A stretch of 64,000 nucleotides of DNA from an uncultured Planctomycetales bacterium. Its GTDB lineage: Bacteria > Planctomycetota > UBA1135 > CAZMYG01. The translations under genes were made by a program, and so were the position numbers. The stretch spans positions 4,174 through 68,173 of the forward strand of contig CAZMYG010000001.1 in assembly GCA_964570465.1 (NCBI GenBank), written 5' to 3'. Position 1 is the first letter of the stretch. The number at the start of each line of letters is the position of its first letter. The notes below the pieces were generated by a model, which was not told the DNA's origin, searched no databases, and worked only from the letters and a program-made list of their open reading frames with translations. Positions 9,468-19,520 of the stretch are shown here, in pieces.

Positions 9468-11770
9468 TTCTTGCCTCCTGCCTTGGGCTTAGGCTTTGGC
9501 TTTGCCTTGGCCATCGCCTTAGCGGCGTTGACCTTTTCCTTGCCGATCGCCTTTGTCTGCTCGATCTTGGCTTCACCTTCTACTTGGCTCTGCTGGACCT
9601 TTTGAGCGCCCATCAAAGCCTGTGTTTTCATATTAAGCTGATGCTCCTGAGACTGCTGAGTCATCTTCTGAGCGTGCTGCTGCTCAGTCATCTGGAGCTT
9701 CATCTGGCCCTCTTGGGCCTTCATCTCTAGCTCTTTCTCCTTCTGGGCGATCTCGATCTGAGCCATCTCGGCTTCGATCTCCATCTCCTGCTGTTTGAGC
9801 TGCATGTCCATCTGTTTGAGCTGCATCTCGCCTTCGAGCTTCTGCTGCTCCATCTGCATCTCCATTTCCATCTTCTGCTGCTCAGGGTCAGGCCCTTGAG
9901 GCTGACTGAGCTTGATGGTGGAGAGGTCCATCTCGATCGCTTCGCCGTACTTCTGTAGCAGCTCGTTGAGGACTTCAACGTCGCCGGTAGCGGTAGCGTA
10001 GTCGCCGATCACTTTCATGAACGGGCTTTGCAAGAAGCTGTTCATGTTCTCGACGTCGCGATCTTTATTTGGGCGACGGATGCTTGATGCAGCGACCGTG
10101 TATTGCATCTGCCGAACGACCGTGTCAACGTCGCTCGACATGACCTTTTGCTCCCACATCTGACGACCGACTTGGCCGACAAGCGGCTCCACATCGTCGC
10201 CGTTCACGTACCAACGCGCTAAGAAAGCCTCGACGGCGGCGAGCCTGCTCTGCCACTCGACAACCTTCTTCTGCATGTACTCAGGTCGGACGCCGGCCGC
10301 TTGAGCCTTGTTACGGCTTTCTTCGGCCGTTCTGTTTTGAGTGCCGCCCTCATTTCCGGCGTACATCACTTCGTACAAGCCGGAGCATTTGTCAAAGATC
10401 ACAGAGACCGCTTCGATGATCCTCCACACGTCCAGCCTGACCTCTGGCTGCTGGAGGAACGTAATCATCTTCGTGATATCTTGTTGCAACTCGGGGACGC
10501 CGATGATGCAAAGATCGTCTCCGCTCTCTAAGTGCTGACGCATCTGAGCCATCGCCGACTCAGCCACCGCAATGAAGTCACGGCTGCTGGACCAGATACG
10601 ATTACACAGATGCCCCATCATCGTGTTCAAGAACTTCAACGGACCCATCGCCGGAGCGAGCGGCGGGATCGGCCAAGCCGACTCAGGGTCAGGGAAGAAG
10701 TCCAGGCAGATCACCGGCCACGAATCGCCAACGTCCTTCCAATAAGGAGCCGGCCACTCAAATCGCTTCTTGACGGCTTCCGACTTAGCCCCTTCTTTCA
10801 GAAACTCAACTGGGCAGTTGAGAGGCCACGGTACATTCTTGGCGATCGCTAGATAGGCGTAGTCTCCAACAACTTCCTCGAAGCGATCCTTGAGCTTCGT
10901 CTCCATCCCAGACAGGCGAACGCCAACGCCAGTTTTGGAGTAAATCTCGTAATACTCGATCAGGTCGTTCGTTTGGTTTGCAGATCGCTTACTAGATGAT
11001 CCGGCGTCAGTGGCTCGTTCGCTGACGCTCCACTTGCTCTCTAGGGTTTGCTTGCCTTTGAGAGAGCCGGGCTTCAAGCCAAACTCACGCTCGACTTCCC
11101 AGATCGTCTTGACGCGACGACGAGCGATCCACTTCGCCTCGTTGAGGTTGTTGAAGTCTGGGTCGATCAGCAGGTTTTCCGGCCAGTCTCGCTCGGCACC
11201 AGTGAGGTTTTGCTTGCTGGCGGGAGGGTTGTATTTACTGACCCACAAGCATCCACGACCTTTGATGAGAGCATCAATGACCGCCATCTCGCTCTCAAAG
11301 CCAAGACCAGACTCGATCGCCGTGTAGTTGAGCCATCCCATCAAGAGAGAGGCCACAGCCTTATCGCTCTGGTATCGAGCGGCGTTCTCTTGTTGGGCCT
11401 GCTGCATCATGAACTGGGCCTGAGGATCGTTCGGATCGCCGAACATATCAGGCGGAAGCTCCATCATCCGACGACAGATCACTTGGCGGTGCGGAACGTC
11501 CCACATCAAGCTGGGGCCGAAGATGGCCACCATCTCGAACGCCTTATTGATCGTCATTCGGAACTTGGACTGCATCGGCCCACGGAAAATCCGCTTGCCG
11601 GCGCGCGTTTCCCAGATAGCGCGGGCGCTCTTGGCGTAGAAGTCCATGCACTCGGTAGCCATATCTAGCCACTCGGAGCGGGACTTCTCAGCCGATTCGA
11701 TCTTCCCAAGCCAGCCATTCACTAGCGGGCGGAGGAAGTCAGCGGAGATTTCTGTTGGCGTCTGGTCCAT
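9464..11770 (-). CDS. portal-like protein with long repetitive coiled-coil C-terminus
   Basis: 768-aa ORF just downstream of the terminase genes (synteny and size argument only); last ~170 aa are Q/E/M/K repeats ending in a Lys-rich tail. Confidence 0.55.
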   Translation of the reverse strand: MDQTPTEISADFLRPLVNGWLGKIESAEKSRSEWLDMATECMDFYAKSARAIWETRAGKRIFRGPMQSKFRMTINKAFEMVAIFGPSLMWDVPHRQVICRRMMELPPDMFGDPNDPQAQFMMQQAQQENAARYQSDKAVASLLMGWLNYTAIESGLGFESEMAVIDALIKGRGCLWVSKYNPPASKQNLTGAERDWPENLLIDPDFNNLNEAKWIARRRVKTIWEVEREFGLKPGSLKGKQTLESKWSVSERATDAGSSSKRSANQTNDLIEYYEIYSKTGVGVRLSGMETKLKDRFEEVVGDYAYLAIAKNVPWPLNCPVEFLKEGAKSEAVKKRFEWPAPYWKDVGDSWPVICLDFFPDPESAWPIPPLAPAMGPLKFLNTMMGHLCNRIWSSSRDFIAVAESAMAQMRQHLESGDDLCIIGVPELQQDITKMITFLQQPEVRLDVWRIIEAVSVIFDKCSGLYEVMYAGNEGGTQNRTAEESRNKAQAAGVRPEYMQKKVVEWQSRLAAVEAFLARWYVNGDDVEPLVGQVGRQMWEQKVMSSDVDTVVRQMQYTVAASSIRRPNKDRDVENMNSFLQSPFMKVIGDYATATGDVEVLNELLQKYGEAIEMDLSTIKLSQPQGPDPEQQKMEMEMQMEQQKLEGEMQLKQMDMQLKQQEMEIEAEMAQIEIAQKEKELEMKAQEGQMKLQMTEQQHAQKMTQQSQEHQLNMKTQALMGAQKVQQSQVEGEAKIEQTKAIGKEKVNAAKAMAKAKPKPKPKAGGKK

Positions 11771-11777
11771 CGACTAC

Positions 11778-12200
11778 CTAAACAGGTTGCATTGCCGCTT
11801 CTCGTTCCTTGCGCTCAGCGATCCGTCGCTTAGCTTCGGCTTCCTCAACGATCCGGTTCTTCTCTTTCTTCTCCAGGAAATTGCGGTGAGCGTCGTACTG
11901 GTCGGCAGGAGCGATCCCGCGCAGCCAGTCCCAGCCGCCAGATTCCCTGGTCGTCATGTTTTCTTCTTTGTGTTGATCGTCGGTCATGTGGCGAACGCCG
12001 CTGACGATCTCTGCCTTATGGAAAACACGATCGCGAACGATCTTCAGCTTCACCCGGCCAGGCTCTTCGACAGCTAGAACATCAGCTCCGTAGGGGATCG
12101 TGTTGGAGTCAGCCCGGTCGTACCACCAAACACGTTCGCCAACCACGGGCGTCGGCATCAACTTCACTCCGTACAAGGTTCCGTTCACTTCTTTAGCCAT
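11778..12200 (-). CDS. hypothetical protein
   Basis: 140-aa track ORF between terminase and portal-like gene, start abuts terL stop. Confidence 0.6.
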   Translation of the reverse strand: MAKEVNGTLYGVKLMPTPVVGERVWWYDRADSNTIPYGADVLAVEEPGRVKLKIVRDRVFHKAEIVSGVRHMTDDQHKEENMTTRESGGWDWLRGIAPADQYDAHRNFLEKKEKNRIVEEAEAKRRIAERKEREAAMQPV

Positions 12201-13894
12201 TACTGTCCGGCTCCAAAATTGAAATAACCACTGCTTCCTGGCTGCTTGCGATCGAATAGCTTGTCAATCGCTTTCATTAGAAGCTGGCTGGTTGTAGCGA
12301 CAGCTCCAGGCTCAGGTCTAACCCAACGAGGATTAAACGCCGCCAGGTATTCCAAGCAGTCGATCGCGTCGTGAGGGCTTTTTGCCGGCTCGTCCTCAAT
12401 GAACTGATCGCCTGTGATTCGTTTTCGGTAAGTCTTGAACTCACGCTGTAGACATGGAGTCTTGCTGAGGATCACTCGCAGCTTTGCTCCACCTTCTTCT
12501 CCCCTCTGCATCCAGGTGCGGAGAACCTCTCGGCGGGCAGTGACGTTATCGCTTCCCCAGATGAAGTTGGGTCCGGTTCTCCTGCATCGCAGGCCAGCCT
12601 TCTCAAACGCCCCCGCATACTGCTGTCTGTAAGTCTGAACGCCGCCCATTGGCGTCTGGCGTCCAGCGTGCATGTCGATGATGAACGCCTCGAACCTTCG
12701 ATGTCCGTGCTTCGCTTTTACTGCTCTTGCCGTGTCAGCGCAGCTAGCTTTATGGATGTAGATTTCATCTTCGATCACCACCACGTCTCCCCAATCCCGA
12801 TCGGTCTCGCCTCTTGGAGGAGGAACGGCGGCGACGATCACTGCGGTGGTTTGGTGGCCAGGGTCCAAGACAAGATACCTTGTCCAGTCAGGAGGAAGCT
12901 CTCCAGTGGTCTCCCACATCTTGTTGATCGGGCAGTTGTCGTCAGCGTTCGGCACTCCCTGGATAGCCGCCGACCAGTCATACATCAGCATCAGGTCGAA
13001 GGTGAACTCGCCAAGGTCGCGAGCGCGTGTCTCTTCGTAGGACCAGCCCTCGATACGCTTCCGCTTCTCTTCCGCGTCGATCCAGGGATTGTCTCGGAAT
13101 GTCAGCACGAACTCCTGGACGTCAGGGTTCGGTCTGGTAATCTGCTGAGCGGCTCGATCGCTCATGTCAACCAGGGCGGCATTCTTAGAGTGCGGGAAGG
13201 CCGACCACTGAATACGACCCTTACGGTCAGAGATACGAGCTTGCCATTCCTTAATGTGCCAGCTTTGAGCAACGTCTTCGTCGATCCAGATGTAGTCAAC
13301 GGCATCACCTTGCTTAGCTTCACCAGTGCTGGCGAAGAAGCAAATCTTGTTGCCGTTCTTCATGTAAAGAGATTCAAGAACCTTCTGACCATAGGCGATG
13401 TAGTTAATCTTCTCGATCTCTTTAGCTGGAATCAGAGGCTCGGCAGGCTTCGTTTCCTTGAAGCGAGCGGCGTCCTCTGGGTCCCAAGGCCGATAGCTAC
13501 GCCACAAGCCAGTCTTCTTGTCGCGGATCACCTGGAAGAGGCCAGGCTCAAGAAGCACCCTGTGGAGCGTCTGGCCGATATGACGCTGATCGTAGCCGAT
13601 CACCCACAAGAGCATCGGCATCCCGGCTCGCTGTGGGTGGCGGTAAGGCTTGATTAGACGGCCATCACCGCAGTCGATCGCCAACCCACGGGCCATCGCG
13701 GCGAACTGACAAGCGGCGCTCGTGGTTTTTCCCGATCGGTTTCCGCCACGCAAGATAACTTCAGAAGCCTTAGACTCATGAAAAGGAATCTGGCTAGGCA
13801 AAGGTCGATAGCAGCGCAGAGCGTCCCTATCGAGACGGTTCTTCGTATCGAGTAGCTCGTCTAGCCTATATTGCTCTTCACTCGACAGGCTCAT
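12200..13894 (-). CDS. terL: terminase large subunit
   Basis: 564 aa; Walker A-like GGNRSGKTT, Walker B-like YIWIDED, typical size and position. Confidence 0.85.
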   Translation of the reverse strand: MSLSSEEQYRLDELLDTKNRLDRDALRCYRPLPSQIPFHESKASEVILRGGNRSGKTTSAACQFAAMARGLAIDCGDGRLIKPYRHPQRAGMPMLLWVIGYDQRHIGQTLHRVLLEPGLFQVIRDKKTGLWRSYRPWDPEDAARFKETKPAEPLIPAKEIEKINYIAYGQKVLESLYMKNGNKICFFASTGEAKQGDAVDYIWIDEDVAQSWHIKEWQARISDRKGRIQWSAFPHSKNAALVDMSDRAAQQITRPNPDVQEFVLTFRDNPWIDAEEKRKRIEGWSYEETRARDLGEFTFDLMLMYDWSAAIQGVPNADDNCPINKMWETTGELPPDWTRYLVLDPGHQTTAVIVAAVPPPRGETDRDWGDVVVIEDEIYIHKASCADTARAVKAKHGHRRFEAFIIDMHAGRQTPMGGVQTYRQQYAGAFEKAGLRCRRTGPNFIWGSDNVTARREVLRTWMQRGEEGGAKLRVILSKTPCLQREFKTYRKRITGDQFIEDEPAKSPHDAIDCLEYLAAFNPRWVRPEPGAVATTSQLLMKAIDKLFDRKQPGSSGYFNFGAGQ

Positions 13895-14558
13895 TTAGGT
13901 CCATCTCTTTGTTGAGCGCTGCTTCTAGCTGCTCGCCGGTCATCTCCGTAGCGTCCGGCCTGTTCTCGATCACTTCTTGCGTGTAAACCTCAGGAGAGAT
14001 CATCTTCTTGAGGTACTCCTGGATTTCAGCTTCAAGCTCCTCTTCGGTAAGACGATCGACTTTTCGCCTCTCCGTTTCTATCTTCTGCACTTCGCCGGTC
14101 ATTTTGGCGATTGAGGTGTACTGGTCTAGAACTGTCTTGCTTCCTGGGTCTGTGTTTTCTTTGATCGTGATCTGAGCGAACCAGCGATCACAGAATCCTT
14201 CGATTCCTTTGTATCTCCGAATCATCCCGCGAAGCAGATCGGCTAGAGCCGGAAGGTCTTCGCGAGACACCGACTTGCCTCGGCTGACGAGCGCATTCAT
14301 TTGGGAGTTTAGTTCTTGCTCCCGCTTCTTCTGCACCTTGCGCGATCTCTGCTCAGCTCGGCAGCTTACGCAAATGAACCTCCTCTTCCCGTCTTTGCCT
14401 TCGATCAGGACCTTGTCTCTAGGGGCCGCGATTCCACAGGCACCACACTCAAAGTGAGTCGCTTCGTCTTTGGTAAGCACTTTAGGTTTCGGAAACGGTG
14501 TGATGTTCGGGTACGACCGTCCTTTGACGCCTATCCTAATCCCCCCTTGATCGTCCAT
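13878..14558 (-). CDS. candidate small terminase subunit / DNA-binding protein
   Basis: 226 aa, overlaps terL start by 17 nt; Cys pairs (CGAC...CVSC), basic and coiled-coil regions; call by position only. Confidence 0.4.
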   Translation of the reverse strand: MDDQGGIRIGVKGRSYPNITPFPKPKVLTKDEATHFECGACGIAAPRDKVLIEGKDGKRRFICVSCRAEQRSRKVQKKREQELNSQMNALVSRGKSVSREDLPALADLLRGMIRRYKGIEGFCDRWFAQITIKENTDPGSKTVLDQYTSIAKMTGEVQKIETERRKVDRLTEEELEAEIQEYLKKMISPEVYTQEVIENRPDATEMTGEQLEAALNKEMDLNEPVE

Positions 14559-16030
14559 ATTCCATCTCCGTTGTCAGTAGCTCCTTCTGGCATCGCTGTG
14601 CGGAATCCACACAGGAGTCCGGTTCCAGATACGTGCCTCGAAACTAGCTTCAGAATCTCTGGCGATTCGGTACCAGAGACGACCACGATGTCAGCTCCTT
14701 GCGGCTCAAGCTCGTTGAGAGACGTGATGGGGTCTTCGACAAGCTTGATGGAGCCGATCTCGCTGGTGTTCGTTGTCGCCCACTCAGGAAACTCGTTGGC
14801 GAAACTGAATACCTGCCCGCCGTAGCTTCCGCTGAATCCCTGAGTTACAGCTACCGCCGTCTCAGCCGCTCGGCTATTCACGTCGATCACTCGCAATGGG
14901 CGTCGTCGCTTCATGGCCAAGCTCTTGGTGACATGGGCTAGCTTGTAAAGCGAGTCCTTGATCTCCTCATCTGGCGCGCCGTTGCCAACCCACACCTTGC
15001 TACCGTTGAGGATGACCGTCCCGAACTCAGTAGGAACGATCGGTTTTTCCGCTTCAACCTGCGGCGTAGCCGCCGTCGTTGTATTCGCCAATTTGGCTTG
15101 GACAGCCATTGCCTGATTGGGCGTCATTCTCGGCCGGAAGTGAGGGAAGTTCTGGGCCAAATAGTTGAACCTCTTCTCTGGGTCCAGGCCCCAAGCGATA
15201 CTTGCCTCCAGTCCCTTCCCAACTCGATGAGAGCTTGGTATTTCCGGTTTGCCGACACACTTCGGTTTGTGGTGTCCCGCCCAGCAATCCCAGTTGCAGA
15301 AGACGACTTCTTCTCCCAGCAGGAGATTGGCGGCGATTGATATGTCTCGGGTGGCGGTCACGTCTTCCGTTGAGCATTTGGTGGCCTGCCACTCATCGAA
15401 TTCGTAGTAGAAGTATGGCTTTGGATTGCCGTCTGGGTTTACGAGATTGAAAGCTGAGATGGTGGACATCATCAGCCCTGTTGGTAGCGCTCCTGCTGGA
15501 TGAATCCCTGCTAGCTGAGAAGCTTCACCACGAGAGTAGGCGACCAGCTTGTAGCCACAGTCGTGGTCTCCAGTGGACTCTGAGTTCTCCCACCGGAAGA
15601 CATAGACGTTCTCCATGCCTCCTTCGGTTGGATGTGGAGGAGGTCCGCAGTATGGAGCGGCGATCACAGTCGGCAGGCCGATCTTGTATCGCTCGTAGAC
15701 GAAATCAAATGACGAATCCCAGAACCGCTTAGCGCCGCTATCGGCGTAGATATCAGGTTCGTTGTCGGAGTCCACCATAACCAAGACTTGGAAATTGTTG
15801 TCTCGGGCCATTTTGACGGCCCGGTTCCGCGTCATGGTGATTGGGGTATCAGACAGGGTAAAGCACTTGATCTCTCCGACCCTTGGATCGTTAAGAGCCG
15901 TCTGGAGTGTCCTTGCCCACCACTGGCCGATGGCTGGTAGCTGCATGGCTACTCCACCGTTACCGCCGTAGGCAAAGAAGACTACGAGGACATTAAGGCG
16001 CAGCGGTGGCTGCGCTTGAGGCTGTGACAT
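14531..16030 (-). CDS. glycosyltransferase-like (GT-A-like) two-domain protein
   Basis: 499 aa; N-terminal NVLVVFFAYGGNG strand-loop, DxD-like VMVDSDNEP, unassigned C-terminal ~150 aa domain. Confidence 0.5.
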   Translation of the reverse strand: MSQPQAQPPLRLNVLVVFFAYGGNGGVAMQLPAIGQWWARTLQTALNDPRVGEIKCFTLSDTPITMTRNRAVKMARDNNFQVLVMVDSDNEPDIYADSGAKRFWDSSFDFVYERYKIGLPTVIAAPYCGPPPHPTEGGMENVYVFRWENSESTGDHDCGYKLVAYSRGEASQLAGIHPAGALPTGLMMSTISAFNLVNPDGNPKPYFYYEFDEWQATKCSTEDVTATRDISIAANLLLGEEVVFCNWDCWAGHHKPKCVGKPEIPSSHRVGKGLEASIAWGLDPEKRFNYLAQNFPHFRPRMTPNQAMAVQAKLANTTTAATPQVEAEKPIVPTEFGTVILNGSKVWVGNGAPDEEIKDSLYKLAHVTKSLAMKRRRPLRVIDVNSRAAETAVAVTQGFSGSYGGQVFSFANEFPEWATTNTSEIGSIKLVEDPITSLNELEPQGADIVVVSGTESPEILKLVSRHVSGTGLLCGFRTAMPEGATDNGDGIWTIKGGLG

Positions 16031-16072
16031 GGGGGCACATGTCCTATGGGGTGATGTGTCGCTACAAGACGC

Positions 16073-16702
16073 TTAGCGGAAGCGGCAGTCCACGAGGACA
16101 GCGCTGTTGGTCTGAGCGGTCGTCATGGCGCTCATCGCCACTCCAACGACGTTCAGCGCGGCGCTAACCGCGTTCGTCAAGTTGGACGTAGCGGCGAAGG
16201 TCTGGACCCGGCCAGCCGTAGTGGCTTGGCTGGTAGCAGCGGTAAGAGCCGCCAGACGATCACCGTCCGCGATGACGTTGAGAGCGCCACCGGCCAAGTC
16301 GGTCCGCATAAGGCACGGGCCTTCGACGATCAACCAAAACAGGTCGCCGTTCGGAACGCCGGTCGTGGCCGAGATATGATCGTCCACCACGCCGTCGCCA
16401 CGCGCCCAGTCGAGGCGGGTGTAGCCGTCAACTCGACGGTTACGGTAACCAGACTGGAAAGTGACGATACGACCTGGAGTCAGCGTGACGCCAGAGACGT
16501 TCCGCACGAGAACGGCGTGAGTGTCTTGATTGTCACGCTTGGTCTGCATACCAGCCGTGGTAGCAGGCGCTCGGTTCTCGAAGATAGTCGTGATACCTTC
16601 TAGACCGACGCTCGTTCCGTAGTCAGCGGTGTTGATCGTCTGGTCGCCGTAGAAAGTCTTTCCGCGACCGACAATTCCACCGGCTTCATGATGCGCAGCC
16701 AT
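16073..16702 (-). CDS. hypothetical head-region protein
   Basis: 209-aa track ORF downstream of capsid candidate and HNH gene. Confidence 0.55.
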   Translation of the reverse strand: MAAHHEAGGIVGRGKTFYGDQTINTADYGTSVGLEGITTIFENRAPATTAGMQTKRDNQDTHAVLVRNVSGVTLTPGRIVTFQSGYRNRRVDGYTRLDWARGDGVVDDHISATTGVPNGDLFWLIVEGPCLMRTDLAGGALNVIADGDRLAALTAATSQATTAGRVQTFAATSNLTNAVSAALNVVGVAMSAMTTAQTNSAVLVDCRFR

Positions 16703-16721
16703 TGAAATTTCCCTTGGTTAG

Positions 16722-17264
16722 TTAGATGTCTTTGTTACCTATCGGCCCGCGTAGAATCATCGCCGCCCACTGAACCATCTCAGCGTCGGACATGCTGGCT
16801 TTCATGTAATTAACAGCTCGACAAACAAGCCGAACGTTATCTGGTACGTAGCCGATCGAGTTGTCGATCCTGTCAATCGTCACGTTCGTCATGACGCCAT
16901 ACCCTTCTCCTTGGATATGAGTCATCGGAACCTGAGTCACGGCACATCTGCCGCCCTGCTTTTCCCACAAAAGCTCCAGGAACTCGTGAGTAATACACGA
17001 GACCTGTCGCATCTCTTGACGACGCTTAGTTAGTCGTCTGTTGACAGTCTTGTGACCGATCCACAGGTTTCTAAGTGCGCGACTAAGGTTGTTCGTGACG
17101 GAGCCGTTTACTCGCTTCAGGTCGCACTTCTTGCAGTAGGCACGAAGCCCGCCCTTTCCTAGCTTCTCTGGGTAGTAATCGTCGAGCTTCTTCCAATGCG
17201 AACAACGGTGGCAGTATTTCAGCCCCTGAACGATCGGCAATGTTGAAGCTCGTCCTCTACCCAT
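16722..17264 (-). CDS. HNH endonuclease
   Basis: 180 aa; Cys pairs CHRCSHW...CKKC and IDRIDNSIGYVPDNVRLVCRAVN HNH-type core. Confidence 0.7.
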   Translation of the reverse strand: MGRGRASTLPIVQGLKYCHRCSHWKKLDDYYPEKLGKGGLRAYCKKCDLKRVNGSVTNNLSRALRNLWIGHKTVNRRLTKRRQEMRQVSCITHEFLELLWEKQGGRCAVTQVPMTHIQGEGYGVMTNVTIDRIDNSIGYVPDNVRLVCRAVNYMKASMSDAEMVQWAAMILRGPIGNKDI

Positions 17265-17281
17265 ATCAGGGAAAATCCTAA

Positions 17282-18385
17282 TCAGGCGTAGTTTTTCACC
17301 TTACCAAAGAACTTGGTGTTGAACTTCGCGTTCCCGTAGAAGCCGCAGGCCCACAGCCAGCTCAGGCGCTCGATGGCCCAGTCTGGACCCTTCGTCCAGA
17401 ACAGCTCTGGCTTCTGCGAGCAGATGTACATTTGGCTGGCGTTGAGGAAGTAGCCCACGTTCACCGGGCAGTCGTAGTCCGGCATGACAGCCATGCCGTC
17501 TTGGTTGATCGCCATTCCGAAGCCGAGGTCGTTAGCTCCCTTGTGCGGGACGACCACGCGGCGGAGGTTCTCCAGAGAGTTCTTGTATCCCTGGAAGAGG
17601 TTGGAAGCGCAGACGAACAAGTCAACCTGCGACTCCTTGCCTCCGGTCATCGTGAGCCAGGTTTGGCCTTGGCTGAGAACGCGGTGGCAGTTGTCTTCCC
17701 AAGTCGTAGCGCCGGTTCCCCAGCTTGTGCTGGACCAGTTGACGAGCTTGGGCGAGAGGCAGTCGTACTTCACGTCTCCAGAGCCATCCGGCCAGTCGGT
17801 GGCCAAGTTGGCGTTGGGAGAGGTGCTGAGCGAGTTGGACCAAGCACCGCCGAAGGTGCCAACGTCCGTAGCCTTACCAGCGTAGTCGTTGTCTGGCTTG
17901 GCGATACGGTCAGCAGCCACCGTAGTGCCGCTACCCATGAACGACTCAAGGCCGTGGATGCAGTTCTCACGACCGGCTTCGTTGCCGTCCTTGTACAGCT
18001 CGCCGCCGAAACGGTTGCTGATACCAGACATCAACTGCTTGCCGATCTCGTTGTAGCGGTTGATGAGCTGGGTGTTGCCCTTGTTCTTTTCCTTCTCCAG
18101 GTCCGTCATGAGATCGGTACCGACATAGGCCCGGTAGTCGATCGTCAGACGACGCCAGAGATCGGAACGATCAAAGGCAAGGTTTCCGCCGTCCGCATAC
18201 GGCGAGAAGTTGTTCTCATCGAACTGGAATTGCCAGTTCAGCTCGTAGCCGCCCTTGTTGTATTCAAACCGCCCCTTCTGCTTCATCAGCATCAGGATGT
18301 AGCGGTTGCGGATCGTCAGGTCTTCATAACCCTTGACGAACTCCGGCGCATTAGCCTGGATTACGCCAACCCATTCGTTAGCCAT
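17282..18385 (-). CDS. candidate major capsid protein
   Basis: 367 aa, immediately downstream of scaffold-like gene; size, position and composition only, no search run. Confidence 0.5.
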   Translation of the reverse strand: MANEWVGVIQANAPEFVKGYEDLTIRNRYILMLMKQKGRFEYNKGGYELNWQFQFDENNFSPYADGGNLAFDRSDLWRRLTIDYRAYVGTDLMTDLEKEKNKGNTQLINRYNEIGKQLMSGISNRFGGELYKDGNEAGRENCIHGLESFMGSGTTVAADRIAKPDNDYAGKATDVGTFGGAWSNSLSTSPNANLATDWPDGSGDVKYDCLSPKLVNWSSTSWGTGATTWEDNCHRVLSQGQTWLTMTGGKESQVDLFVCASNLFQGYKNSLENLRRVVVPHKGANDLGFGMAINQDGMAVMPDYDCPVNVGYFLNASQMYICSQKPELFWTKGPDWAIERLSWLWACGFYGNAKFNTKFFGKVKNYA

Positions 18386-18413
18386 GTTTGTGCCCCTTGT
18401 GAGTGGTCAACCG

Positions 18414-19520
18414 TTATTCAAAAACGTCTTGGTAGATACCGGCTGCCCTAGCCTTGGTGACAAAGAAGTTGTCTAAGTCGCCACTGCTCATGCCGTTGAT
18501 CGGCTCGTTTACCGATGGATTGCTGGCGGCGTATCCGCTAGACGACGGGTTCATCCCCGCCAAGAACGCCTCGTTCTTTTCGTTCCTCACTTGCTCAGCC
18601 GTCTTCACTGGAGCTGTGGGCGCTTCCGCCTTCTTCTCAGCCGGTTTGGCAAGCATATCGGCCTGTTGAGCGGCCCACTTCTGCATTTGCAGCTCGTTGG
18701 TCGCGCCCATTTGAACGGCCGTGTGAATCGCGGTCATATACGCCCGGCCCCAGTCAGACGTGGCGAACTCGCCCGTCTTTGGGTCCATGAGAAGGTTGCC
18801 CTTGTCGTCCGAGGCGTAGTATTTCTTGGAAATCTCGTCGTGAAAGGCTTCCTGCTCCGCCCTTTGACGATCACTGGCCAGCTCTTGCCTGATCTCTTCT
18901 CGGAGCTGGGCGATGAGCGGCTCTTTAATCCGCTCGTAGGTAAACTTGACCGGATTCTTCGAGAACTGCTCGTTGAGCTGCTCTCGCTCGTACAGGTATT
19001 TGTTGACTTGCGCTACGATGTGCGACGGAACCCCGTCGTGCCTGGCCCGCGCTAGACCCGTTTCCGGGTCGATAATGCACAGATTGGCGAGTTGTGGGTC
19101 CAGCTCAGGCCACGCGAACGGATCACCTCCCTCCGGGGCTTTAGCCGGCTGAGATGCTGGCTGGGTTGGCTCACCGCTAGCTTGTCCTCCCTTGATCCAG
19201 TCGGAGAACTGCTGCGGATTCTGTCTGAACTGCCGACCGAGGCTTGCATACTGCTGCAATTCAGTGAACGCAGCATCGACCTGCTCGTCGGTGGCGTCTT
19301 CAGGTAGCGAGAACTTGAGCGCTCGCGCCATATCGACGCGGCTCATTGCAGGAGTCTCGTCCTTAGCAGGCTGAGAGGCTCCGCTAGCCGGCGACTGCGC
19401 ATTAGAAGTGTCAGCCGGCGAGCCTCCATGCTCGCCAACCGACTGCATCCCTGCTTCCGCTTGATCTAAGGCTGCCGCCTGGTCCGGTGGGACCAGCATC
19501 GGCTCTTGTTCCGCTGCCAT
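18414..19520 (-). CDS. candidate scaffolding protein
   Basis: 368 aa, first gene of the arm; Ala/Gln/Glu-rich, predicted helical, acidic. Confidence 0.4.
   Translation of the reverse strand: MAAEQEPMLVPPDQAAALDQAEAGMQSVGEHGGSPADTSNAQSPASGASQPAKDETPAMSRVDMARALKFSLPEDATDEQVDAAFTELQQYASLGRQFRQNPQQFSDWIKGGQASGEPTQPASQPAKAPEGGDPFAWPELDPQLANLCIIDPETGLARARHDGVPSHIVAQVNKYLYEREQLNEQFSKNPVKFTYERIKEPLIAQLREEIRQELASDRQRAEQEAFHDEISKKYYASDDKGNLLMDPKTGEFATSDWGRAYMTAIHTAVQMGATNELQMQKWAAQQADMLAKPAEKKAEAPTAPVKTAEQVRNEKNEAFLAGMNPSSSGYAASNPSVNEPINGMSSGDLDNFFVTKARAAGIYQDVFE

Noticed and set aside
9413-9978. Several 80-105 aa ORFs on both strands over the portal 3' repeat region
   Set aside because: These are artefacts of the repetitive CAG/CTG-type coding repeat, and all are nested in the 768-aa ORF.
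12668-13657. 329-aa plus-strand ORF
   Set aside because: It is antisense to terL, which carries clear Walker motifs, so it is a shadow ORF.
17432-18451. 339-aa plus-strand ORF
   Set aside because: It is antisense to the capsid-candidate gene. It is Val/Arg/His/Leu-rich with no motifs, which is the typical shadow ORF of a GC-rich coding region.
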